Shown here one piece after another: positions 39,044 through 46,516 of a stretch of 64,000 nucleotides of DNA. Source of the DNA: a virus; IMG/VR virus record IMGVR_UViG_3300008110_000023, positions 21,027-85,026 of that record; one strand, written 5' to 3'. Under the pieces are notes generated by a model that did not search any database, was not told the origin of the DNA, and was given only the letters and a program-made list of their open reading frames with translations. Made by a program: the position numbers and the translations under genes. Position 1 is the stretch's first letter. Every line of letters begins with the position of its first letter.

Positions 39044-39119
39044 CAGTCAGGGCAGGATTTGAACCTGCATATTAGAGCGACCTGTTAAGGCAACTTGTAT
39101 TCCAATCTACCACCTGACT
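39044..39119 (-). tRNA. Degenerate tRNA / tRNA-like element (anticodon not assignable)
   Basis: Acceptor stem AGTCAGG/CCTGACT, T-arm GCAGG-TTCAAAT-CCTGC, D-loop TGG. No canonical anticodon arm and no encoded CCA. Confidence 0.65.
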
Positions 39120-39126
39120 ATTGTTA

Positions 39127-39309
39127 TTAAATAAAGAATATCCAGAATATACCTTTAACTTCAGATATAATAGGTCCAAATATTGCTATTTGTAACATAC
39201 TATCTGTTTCTTTAGCATATTCAATCCAGAATTTTATAGTCATTATTTGACTTACTATGAAGTATATTAGTAATATCCAATATAATACTCCTTTAGAACT
39301 TGTTTCCAT
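39127..39309 (-). CDS. Small membrane protein
   Basis: Two hydrophobic segments. Confidence 0.6.
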   Translation of the reverse strand: METSSKGVLYWILLIYFIVSQIMTIKFWIEYAKETDSMLQIAIFGPIISEVKGIFWIFFI

Positions 39310-39311
39310 AA

Positions 39312-39539
39312 TTAATCTTGTTTGTTTAGTGAGTTAAATTCTTTTACCCAATCAATACCACTATTAATTGGTCTATGGTTATTTCTTAATTGATAACCAT
39401 ATTCAATGGCTTTTTTTAAATCTTCTTCACTATACATTCTTTCAGCTTGCCAGTTAGCACCTTCAATAAATGCTAATTTTTCTCTTCTATCCCAATCATC
39501 TGGATATAATTTTAATGCAGCTTCTTCTATTGTTTTCAT
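39312..39539 (-). CDS. Conserved phage hypothetical protein
   Basis: TIEEAA...FIEGA.WQ.ERMYSEED pattern. Confidence 0.65.
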   Translation of the reverse strand: MKTIEEAALKLYPDDWDRREKLAFIEGANWQAERMYSEEDLKKAIEYGYQLRNNHRPINSGIDWVKEFNSLNKQD

Positions 39540-40019
39540 ATTAATCTTTTTTAAATGGATGAATAATAAATGACAATATTATTACAGGTACACACAATAA
39601 CACTAATATAACTGCTATTGTATGTACCCATATATTTCTTAATAATTGTTTAATCATTTTAATTAACATAATAAGTGAATGTATTACCAGTCTCTGAATT
39701 AAATATTACAGCTGCAAATCTAAATTCAGGATTTAATTTCCCATATTCAAAGAAATCAAACTCTAAGAAACAACCTATCATAATCTAGCTCCTTTAATGA
39801 ATAAATTAAACGGGCCCCATTCTATTATTAATCTATTCATAAACATATCTATTTTAACATTAGGCAAAAAAGCAAATGTTCTTAAGTTAGTTTCTAGATT
39901 AAACATAATATATATTGTTTTAGATGTTTTCATAATGTGTGTTTTTAAGTTATTATTTGTTTTTAATTAGTCTAACTTGTTCTTTGATATATTGTTGCCA
40001 AGATACAAAATTTAATGGC

Positions 40020-40208
40020 TTAGATGGAGTTACTGTTTTTAGTGTAGCTTTCATAGTCTTTAATTATTGCGTTTAATTCATCATTATATCTTTGTAATTC
40101 ATCTGTATATTCTAACAGTTGATTTACTAAATTAATATACTTATACCTAGCATTGTCCATATCACATTCTAGATCATCTAGATTAAATCTTATTGAGTCT
40201 ATATCCAT
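40020..40208 (-). CDS. Hypothetical coiled-coil protein
   Basis: ORF track. Confidence 0.5.
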   Translation of the reverse strand: MDIDSIRFNLDDLECDMDNARYKYINLVNQLLEYTDELQRYNDELNAIIKDYESYTKNSNSI

Positions 40209-40209
40209 C

Positions 40210-40404
40210 TTATTTGTTTTTTAAGATTAATGTATTGTTTTGTTGTATTAAGATATACTTAGTTGTATCATATACAATATGAAAGTTATTATCTTTTGTT
40301 GTAGTAATAAAACAAACAAAGTTATGTTTGTCATATACCTTGTCTGTATTAACTGGAGCCTTACTACAACTAAGTAATAAGACTCCTATTATTAACCATT
40401 TCAT
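40210..40404 (-). CDS. Small lipoprotein
   Basis: MKWLIIGVLLLS-C lipobox. Confidence 0.65.
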   Translation of the reverse strand: MKWLIIGVLLLSCSKAPVNTDKVYDKHNFVCFITTTKDNNFHIVYDTTKYILIQQNNTLILKNK

Positions 40405-40607
40405 TACTCAAAGTATTCAATAGTTCCTGGTTTACCAGTAATCTTCTTGTATGCTATTTGTTTAGCAAAGATATTAGTAATTGCTGACGCACCTTTGATA
40501 CAAAGATTTACCTCTGTCTTATCAGCTTTCTTGTTCTTTAAATCTACTAATGTTTGAGCTAGCATATCTGCCACTCCTGAACATGTTTTTAAGTCTTGTT
40601 TTTTCAT
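40404..40607 (-). CDS. Hypothetical helical protein, partner of the 40604 gene
   Basis: ORF track; ATGA overlap. Confidence 0.6.
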   Translation of the reverse strand: MKKQDLKTCSGVADMLAQTLVDLKNKKADKTEVNLCIKGASAITNIFAKQIAYKKITGKPGTIEYFE

Positions 40608-41302
40608 AATTTATTAAGTTTAGGATAAAGTTCTCTTTTTAATTTAACTTGTTCTCTTTTTAATTGTATTAATTCTTGTGGTAAATGTACTTCTCTAGAT
40701 TTTAATTTATGACTTTTACTAAACAAAAATTTAATATACCCATCTGTTAAATAATCACATTTAAATTTATCTTTTTCATAAAGACGTTGTTTATTTTTAT
40801 CTGCATAATCTAAACTATATTGTCTTCTATACTTTACAAAATTAGGATCTGTGATGTTTTTAGTATAATGTAATTTAGATGTTATAATTCTTAACATTTT
40901 TTTTGAAAGAGCTTGTAATTCAGAAGATTCATAATTATAATTACAAGAATTAGAATTACTATGACAAGCTTTACATTTAGATAAAATATATGCTATTTTA
41001 TCTTTAAAATAATTTAACACCCAATTTTTATTACATATTATAACACCACATTGTACACAAGGCCTTCCTTCTAATCTTGCTTTTCTTTTTCCTCTTCCAG
41101 TTTTTTTAAAATTTCTTAATCTAGTATTTATATTACGTGACATTCTATTTGCAAATAGATTTAATTCTAAAGAATTATAATTATAATCACAAGATTTTGT
41201 TTTTGTTGAACAAGATTTACATTTTTTTACTATATATTTTCCACATATAAACCAATTCTTTTCACATAATATTACTCCACATTGTATACAAGTTTTTTCC
41301 AT
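40604..41302 (-). CDS. Basic protein with a duplicated Cys-rich (Zn-finger) module
   Basis: Two copies of CxQCGVIxCxKNW...KCKxC...SCxYNYxSxEL. Confidence 0.7.
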   Translation of the reverse strand: MEKTCIQCGVILCEKNWFICGKYIVKKCKSCSTKTKSCDYNYNSLELNLFANRMSRNINTRLRNFKKTGRGKRKARLEGRPCVQCGVIICNKNWVLNYFKDKIAYILSKCKACHSNSNSCNYNYESSELQALSKKMLRIITSKLHYTKNITDPNFVKYRRQYSLDYADKNKQRLYEKDKFKCDYLTDGYIKFLFSKSHKLKSREVHLPQELIQLKREQVKLKRELYPKLNKL

Positions 41303-41314
41303 AAGAATAGTATT

Positions 41315-41338
41315 AAAAGAGAGTATTTCTACTCTCTT
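41315..41338 (-). terminator. Intrinsic terminator / GAAA-tetraloop hairpin
   Basis: AAGAGAGTA-GAAA-TACTCTCTT-TT on the minus strand. Confidence 0.65.
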
Positions 41339-41541
41339 AAATTGTTTCTATAATTATCTAACCAAGTTGCATCTTCCTCATGCTTGAATGTAAGCTGAGG
41401 TTTCTTGATTTCTTCTTTAATACCTAATTCTGTTTTGATTAAATTAAGTCTGGCATTAATAGACTTAACATAAATTGGTAAACTATTGTGTTTATTAATC
41501 ATAGGTTTACCACTCTTAGTTGTTTTTTGAAATGAGTTCAT
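41329..41541 (-). CDS. Hypothetical protein
   Basis: ORF track; carries the leader motif. Confidence 0.6.
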   Translation of the reverse strand: MNSFQKTTKSGKPMINKHNSLPIYVKSINARLNLIKTELGIKEEIKKPQLTFKHEEDATWLDNYRNNLRE

Positions 41542-41562
41542 AGTTTTGTGTGTTTTTAATTA

Positions 41563-41904
41563 TTAATGATAAATATGTGGATTAGACATTTCTAAGATAA
41601 AAGAATACTTCTTATCTAATTTATCCATAGCAACTTCTCTTAATACTCTATAGATATTAAGTGCTTCTTGTGTAAAGAAACTATAATCTGTAGATAAAAG
41701 ATTGATTTCTAAATAATTTTGAACTATTTTGTTTTCAGTATGTTTATATTTTTTTAAAGCTGTTACTTTAATAGGATTTAAATCATACTTATTACATATA
41801 TTTAAATTAGTTTCATTATCCAATACTCTAACTCTAAAGTAATGAATATGGATACCATTAAAAACAATAGTACCTCTTCCAAATTTGCTTATTACACTTT
41901 GCAT
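41563..41904 (-). CDS. Hypothetical protein
   Basis: ORF track; carries the leader motif. Confidence 0.6.
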   Translation of the reverse strand: MQSVISKFGRGTIVFNGIHIHYFRVRVLDNETNLNICNKYDLNPIKVTALKKYKHTENKIVQNYLEINLLSTDYSFFTQEALNIYRVLREVAMDKLDKKYSFILEMSNPHIYH

Positions 41905-41922
41905 AGTTGTGTGTTTAATTGT

Positions 41923-42021
41923 TTATAATATGTTATACAATGTAGAAGCAAGTAATACACTAGCTCCTACTACTAAAAATGCTATTGTTGCAATAGCTGC
42001 AATGTTAAATATCTTTTCCAT
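41923..42021 (-). CDS. 32-aa single-pass membrane peptide (not in the ORF track)
   Basis: MEKIFNIAAIATIAFLVVGASVLLASTLYNIL, preceded by the AAACACACATAAAACT leader. Confidence 0.55.
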   Translation of the reverse strand: MEKIFNIAAIATIAFLVVGASVLLASTLYNIL

Positions 42022-42061
42022 AGTTTTATGTGTGTTTAATTAGTTAAATAAAAAGAGAGTG

Positions 42062-42238
42062 CTAGTGCATCTCTCTTAATTCATTAGCTCTTGACATATG
42101 AGCAAGTTTAATTTCTGTCAAGATTTTATTCATTGCTATACCAAGTACAGCATAAGACTCTTCTATGTTTTCAACATTATCATTGTTGTCAACAATAGCG
42201 TTAGCTAATTGTATAGCTAGCATTTCTATTTTTCCCAT
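42062..42238 (-). CDS. 58-aa hypothetical protein (not in the ORF track)
   Basis: MGKIEMLAIQLANAIVD...; preceded by the leader motif. Confidence 0.55.
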   Translation of the reverse strand: MGKIEMLAIQLANAIVDNNDNVENIEESYAVLGIAMNKILTEIKLAHMSRANELREMH

Positions 42239-42270
42239 AGTTTTATGTGTTTTAAGTTAGTTATTAATTA

Positions 42271-42420
42271 TCACTCTGCATTCAGTTGTAATAAAAAAGC
42301 TACTTCAAACAGGTCCTTACATGAATACTATCAAAGCCTATTATTATGCCTACTTTTATTTTTTTTTGTTACCTATTCAGGTATTACAACTGCTAGTCCT
42401 TGTGAAACTAGATTGATGCA
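42271..42420 (-). ncRNA. Candidate structured RNA (three-way junction + pseudoknot)
   Basis: TGCAT/ATGCA, CTAGTT/GACTAG and CAGTTGTAATA/TATTACAACTG stems; loop TCAC complementary to the 3' GTGA. Confidence 0.5.
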
Positions 42421-42439
42421 TTAATAAAAAAAGAGAGTA

Positions 42440-42646
42440 CTATTGTTCCTCTCTTTTAAAGTAGGTTATCTCCACAAGAAGTCTTGCAACTCTTGCATGT
42501 CCCATAGCAAAGGCTAACTTTGCATGAGGATGCATTTGTTTAAGTAACTTCTCAAATGGACCAACTCTTTTGAATCCCATATATTCTGCTATTGTACAGA
42601 ATCTTATGGAAAACCTCTCATTGGTAATCTTTTTGTGCGTATACAT
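42440..42646 (-). CDS. Hypothetical protein
   Basis: ORF track. Confidence 0.5.
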   Translation of the reverse strand: MYTHKKITNERFSIRFCTIAEYMGFKRVGPFEKLLKQMHPHAKLAFAMGHARVARLLVEITYFKREEQ

Positions 42647-42680
42647 AGTTTGTATTTTAATTAATTAATAATAAGAAAAA

Positions 42681-42793
42681 ATAACAAGCAGGTGTATGTC
42701 CATCCAATACATACACTCTCTACAACCCGTTGGCATTCAAGGTAATTACTCCTCAAACGTAGATTAGTTAGTACAATGTACTCTGCTTGTTAT
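42681..42793 (-). ncRNA. Candidate multi-stem RNA / attenuator
   Basis: Perfect 11-bp closing stem plus internal 8-bp, 5-bp and 4-bp stems. Confidence 0.45.
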
Positions 42794-42890
42794 AATAAGA
42801 TAATAATTTAAAAAGAATGGAAAGGGTAGAACATTTCTGATACATCAGACAATATGAATGTTGACTATTATTCCCTAACTCACCCTAGTG

Positions 42891-42981
42891 TACTCTTACA
42901 AGGTTGCAACCCTTGATTTCCCTATTGGAAGATGAATAATACATCAATCTTCTGGTGTTAATACCTGCTTGGATAAGAGTA
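42891..42981 (-). ncRNA. Candidate tRNA-like cloverleaf RNA
   Basis: 8-bp closing stem TACTCTTA/TAAGAGTA stacked on a 5-bp/7-nt-loop hairpin CAAGG-GTTGCAA-CCTTG. Confidence 0.45.
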
Positions 42982-43192
42982 ATTATTAGCTATATTAAAT
43001 ATAATATAACTATATTTTGAGAAAACCAAATGTTTGGTTAAAGTGTTTGTGAGATGTAGTTAACCACATCAATACACATAAAACATTCAGAGTCTATTTT
43101 TATTAAGCCTCATTAAAAAATATCCCGTATGTCCATACAGAATGTCCACAAAGAGTAGACATAAAGTATAGACACACAGGATAGCCCCATAG

Positions 43193-43582
43193 TTATGGAA
43201 CCAGTGCTTCCGCACTGTTCTTTTCTGCAGGTTCCACAAGTGGCTCTGCAACAGCTTGCTTACGCAAGGTAACCCCAGCTTGCTCCGCAGCAAACTCCAC
43301 GCTTTCTCCGTGCATAATGCACAAAGAAATGGTGTTCACGGTGTTGTCCCCAATCTTGTAATCCTCTGTTTGTACTTTTTGTACACGGATTAATGGGTAC
43401 TCACTCCCTACTTTGTACAGCTTGTACATCATAGGTTTCATTAAGCGGGTAACGCAAACACCTGTATTAGGGTCAGCGAAAGTAACTTGTGAGCTTGTGA
43501 AGACACTCCCATCTTCATTTGTAAACTCAACAGCTTCAGCACTTAGACATATAGTAGCCATAATAAAACAACGGTTATCCAC
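43193..43582 (-). CDS. First gene of the leftward block; GC-rich hypothetical protein
   Basis: ORF track (start may be MATICL at 43561); about 50-55% GC in its 3' part. Confidence 0.65.
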   Translation of the reverse strand: MDNRCFIMATICLSAEAVEFTNEDGSVFTSSQVTFADPNTGVCVTRLMKPMMYKLYKVGSEYPLIRVQKVQTEDYKIGDNTVNTISLCIMHGESVEFAAEQAGVTLRKQAVAEPLVEPAEKNSAEALVP

Positions 43583-43767
43583 ACACCGTCAAGACGTTAG
43601 TTTAAGCTGGCACTGGGGCATCCGCCCCGCCAAAACTTAGTAGGGGTTAACAACTAGGGTGATACCCACACAGCTACATATGCTATGTTTGAAAATATTT
43701 TTTATAAAATTTTTTTTGAAAACACATTTTTAGCTATATGGATATGAAAATAATTTTCACATTTCTC

Positions 43768-43798
43768 TTGCTTTTTAAATTCTTATTATATAGTTTTG
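43768..43798 (+). promoter_or_regulatory. Bacteroidetes-type promoter opening the late block
   Basis: TTG (43768-70), 20-nt spacer, TAGTTTTG (43791-98). Confidence 0.7.
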
Positions 43799-43804
43799 CA
43801 TCCG

Positions 43805-44062
43805 TAGTATTGTTTACCACAATATCAGTTCTGAGGCACAACTTGTATTAGGAACTTAGACATAGGGTTAGTATCTATAAATAATAGAAAGGTTGTCCCC
43901 TGTAACTACAAAACAGACTTCTAAAAGTAAAGTAAACTGGAAGGGAATAATAGTAGGTAAAACTACCCTTGTAGGCTAAAGACGGCAGTTGAAAATTACT
44001 TAGGAGTTAAAATCGCAGTTAAGCAATTAACTGTCAGCAAAATCAAGGGGATAGTTATGTTC
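43805..44062 (+). ncRNA. Candidate ~260-nt structured ncRNA / leader RNA
   Basis: ORF-free, directly after the promoter; at least seven nested helices including two long-range coaxial stems. Confidence 0.6.
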
Positions 44063-44090
44063 AATTATAAACAAAATTACAATTAATGAA

Positions 44091-44339
44091 GTGGAAGAAT
44101 CAATGTTAGAATATATAACTAACTATGTTGAAGAGGAGTTATATAAGAAACCAAAAACTAAGGTATTAAGTATAAACCTAACTCCTTTAGAATATAAAGA
44201 ATTAGTAGAAGAATTAAGTGAGTTTAGTGATATACATAGTGATACTATATTGAATGAAATTAGAGTTAATGGTATTAAGGTAATACTATTGGTCTATAAT
44301 AAGGTAGTAGGGTATGAACCAGATTATCTTGTAGCGTAA
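44091..44339 (+). CDS. Hypothetical protein
   Basis: ORF track. Confidence 0.55.
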   Translation: MEESMLEYITNYVEEELYKKPKTKVLSINLTPLEYKELVEELSEFSDIHSDTILNEIRVNGIKVILLVYNKVVGYEPDYLVA

Positions 44340-44362
44340 TAAACAATTAATAAATTAAATAA

Positions 44363-44986
44363 ATGGCAATGGACAAAGAGCTTCTTAAAGCTTTAACAAC
44401 AACAATGAAAAACAGTGCTAGTACTGGAACACCTAGTATAGCTACTCCAAGTAAAGGAGCTACTACAGCAGTACCTTCTAAGAAAACTATGAATCCACTT
44501 ATTACTGAGGATATGGTAGATTTTCTTAACTACAGAATACAACAAGAAGAGTACTCTAGTAGAGTATACAAAGCAATGGCTATGTACCTAAGTAATAAAG
44601 GATATGTTAATGCTTCTAAATTATGGGATAAATACTCTGATGAAGAAATGGCACATGCAGACTTTGCAAGAACTTATATTCTTTCTTTTGGTATACAACC
44701 AGTAACTCCTAGGTTAGATCAACCACAACAGGATTTTACAGGACTGCCTCAGATTATACAAATGTCTTTTGATCATGAAGTAGAAGTAAGTACTCAATGT
44801 AAGAAGTTAGCTGATGCTGCATTTAAAAAAGCAGATCATATGTTATATGAGTTAGCTCTTAAGTATCTAAAGGAACAAGTAGAAGAGCATGATAAAATGC
44901 AAAACTGGGTAGACCAATTAGAAGCTTTTGGTACTGACAAAATTGCAATGAGGTTATTAGACCATGAAATGAAAGATTATCTATAG
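44363..44986 (+). CDS. Ferritin
   Basis: Ferroxidase ligands QEEYSS..Y, EEMAHA, EVEV, EQVEE; low-complexity N-terminal extension. Confidence 0.88.
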   Translation: MAMDKELLKALTTTMKNSASTGTPSIATPSKGATTAVPSKKTMNPLITEDMVDFLNYRIQQEEYSSRVYKAMAMYLSNKGYVNASKLWDKYSDEEMAHADFARTYILSFGIQPVTPRLDQPQQDFTGLPQIIQMSFDHEVEVSTQCKKLADAAFKKADHMLYELALKYLKEQVEEHDKMQNWVDQLEAFGTDKIAMRLLDHEMKDYL

Positions 44987-45051
44987 TAGTATTTTAACAT
45001 ATTTAGTATCAGTTGATTAGTACTTTAATCATAAAATAACCTTCCAAATTG

Positions 45052-45082
45052 TTGCAGAAATGATTTATCCTACCTATTTTTG
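45052..45082 (+). promoter_or_regulatory. Bacteroidetes-type promoter
   Basis: TTG (45052-54) and TATTTTTG (45075-82). Confidence 0.6.
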
Positions 45083-45107
45083 TATACAATAAACTAAATA
45101 TAAGACT

Positions 45108-45455
45108 ATGTTAAAAGAACTTTATAATAGTGATGTTTTAGAGGTAGTAATAATATCTGATATTTATGATTCTAAGGATGAAGAAATAGATGGTATTCTT
45201 ACTACCAAAGAAACACTAGTAAAGAAGAACGCTAAAAGAAAGGAAACTATTTACATAGAAGATATTAGAAGTGTAGGACAAGTATGGTCAGATACTGGAA
45301 CTGTATTAAGAAATACTACTTGCTTATACCATAGAGATCATGGTAAGATATATGTAAAAGGTAAGTATGATGATTATAAAGAATTAAAGTTTGGTAAGTT
45401 AATCCATAAACAAGAAACTATGGGATTCCAAGCTAGTAAATTAATTAATAAATAA
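45108..45455 (+). CDS. Hypothetical protein
   Basis: ORF track. Confidence 0.6.
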   Translation: MLKELYNSDVLEVVIISDIYDSKDEEIDGILTTKETLVKKNAKRKETIYIEDIRSVGQVWSDTGTVLRNTTCLYHRDHGKIYVKGKYDDYKELKFGKLIHKQETMGFQASKLINK

Positions 45456-45461
45456 GAACCA

Positions 45462-45680
45462 ATGAAAACAACAAAAGTGAAGTTGACTGTAGAGGAGTTG
45501 AATAATGCATACAACCACATTAACAGTGAAAGCAAAGTAGAAAAGATAAACAAAAAGTTTCCTACTATCTATACACCAAGTGACCAAAGTTATGACTTAG
45601 AGTTTAAATTCTTTCCAGATATGGGATCCAGAGGAGCTTGGATATGTACTACAGATGTAGAAGTTTTAGATAAAGAATAA
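45462..45680 (+). CDS. Hypothetical protein
   Basis: ORF track. Confidence 0.55.
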   Translation: MKTTKVKLTVEELNNAYNHINSESKVEKINKKFPTIYTPSDQSYDLEFKFFPDMGSRGAWICTTDVEVLDKE

Positions 45681-45710
45681 TATAACAATAAACAATAGGA
45701 GATAAGTGAG

Positions 45711-45983
45711 ATGGAAAACAAAATTAAATACAGACCAGCAAGTAAGTCATTTGTAATTGGAGAAGAAGAAACTGAATCAGGTATTCTACTTTCAATGGAT
45801 ATGCAAATTCAACAATCAGACAGATCTTTTAAAATATTAGCAATATCTGAAGACTGCTCTTTTGCTAAAGTAGGAATGAGAGTTCTACTTAGAGATAAAC
45901 CTAATACAGTAATGTTTAAACTAGATGGTAAGTCATACTTCCAAATAAGTGAAGGTTATATCCTAGGAGAAATAGTTGAGTAA
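45711..45983 (+). CDS. GroES-like co-chaperonin
   Basis: YRP....V....ETESGILL...ILAI......KVGMRVL......LDGKSY..ISE..ILG. Confidence 0.75.
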   Translation: MENKIKYRPASKSFVIGEEETESGILLSMDMQIQQSDRSFKILAISEDCSFAKVGMRVLLRDKPNTVMFKLDGKSYFQISEGYILGEIVE

Positions 45984-46344
45984 TATGGATATCAAGATAA
46001 ATACAGATAGAGATAAGGTATATAAACAATACCTTTCTCTGTTAAACCCAGTACTTGGGCCTAATAAGTTAGATCCAACAGAAATAGAAGTATTAAGTAA
46101 TATCTTATATATAGACTGGTTATACAAGCATTTATCTAAAGAACAAAGAGATAAAATTATCTTTAATCCTGTAACCAAAGCTAAAATAACTACGTTATTG
46201 GGTATATCAAAAGCACAGTTTAACAACAACATGCTTAGATTGCGTAGAAAGAAGTTTATTACTAAGAATAGTTTGATACTTAAATTAGAAGAGGTTGACA
46301 ATAAACTAAATATTAACTATACTTTAGACATTGGTAGAAGGTAA
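45976..46344 (+). CDS. Winged-HTH DNA-binding protein
   Basis: L..TEIEVL...KITTLLGIS...FNN.M.RLRRKKFI. Confidence 0.6.
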   Translation: MSNMDIKINTDRDKVYKQYLSLLNPVLGPNKLDPTEIEVLSNILYIDWLYKHLSKEQRDKIIFNPVTKAKITTLLGISKAQFNNNMLRLRRKKFITKNSLILKLEEVDNKLNINYTLDIGRR

Positions 46345-46516
46345 TTATAAATATGAATATAATGATCTTATGGAAGTTATTAAACTCCATATAGCCTACA
46401 AGAACTTACTTGTTAAGTTTGTAAAGCACCATCCTCAATATACATATGAAATAATACTTACACCTGGAGACCATGAACATAAGTTAGAAATATTTATAAA
46501 AGAATGCTATGAGTGA
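46331..46516 (+). CDS. Hypothetical protein
   Basis: ORF track. Confidence 0.5.
   Translation: MVEGNYKYEYNDLMEVIKLHIAYKNLLVKFVKHHPQYTYEIILTPGDHEHKLEIFIKECYE

Noticed and set aside
42891-42981. SAM-I riboswitch (CTCTTATC start, GCAACC, TAAGAG end)
   Set aside because: It lacks the P2 kink-turn/pseudoknot (GAGGGA..GCCC) core and the correct placement of GCAACC. Kept only as a tRNA-like candidate.
42988-42994. A fourth intergenic AGCTATA copy as a late-promoter box
   Set aside because: There is no TAnnTTTG at the 58-59 nt offset.
43087-43640. ORFs 43087-43293 (-) and 43413-43640 (+)
   Set aside because: They overlap the more plausible 43193-43582 gene and are likely by-products of the locally high GC.
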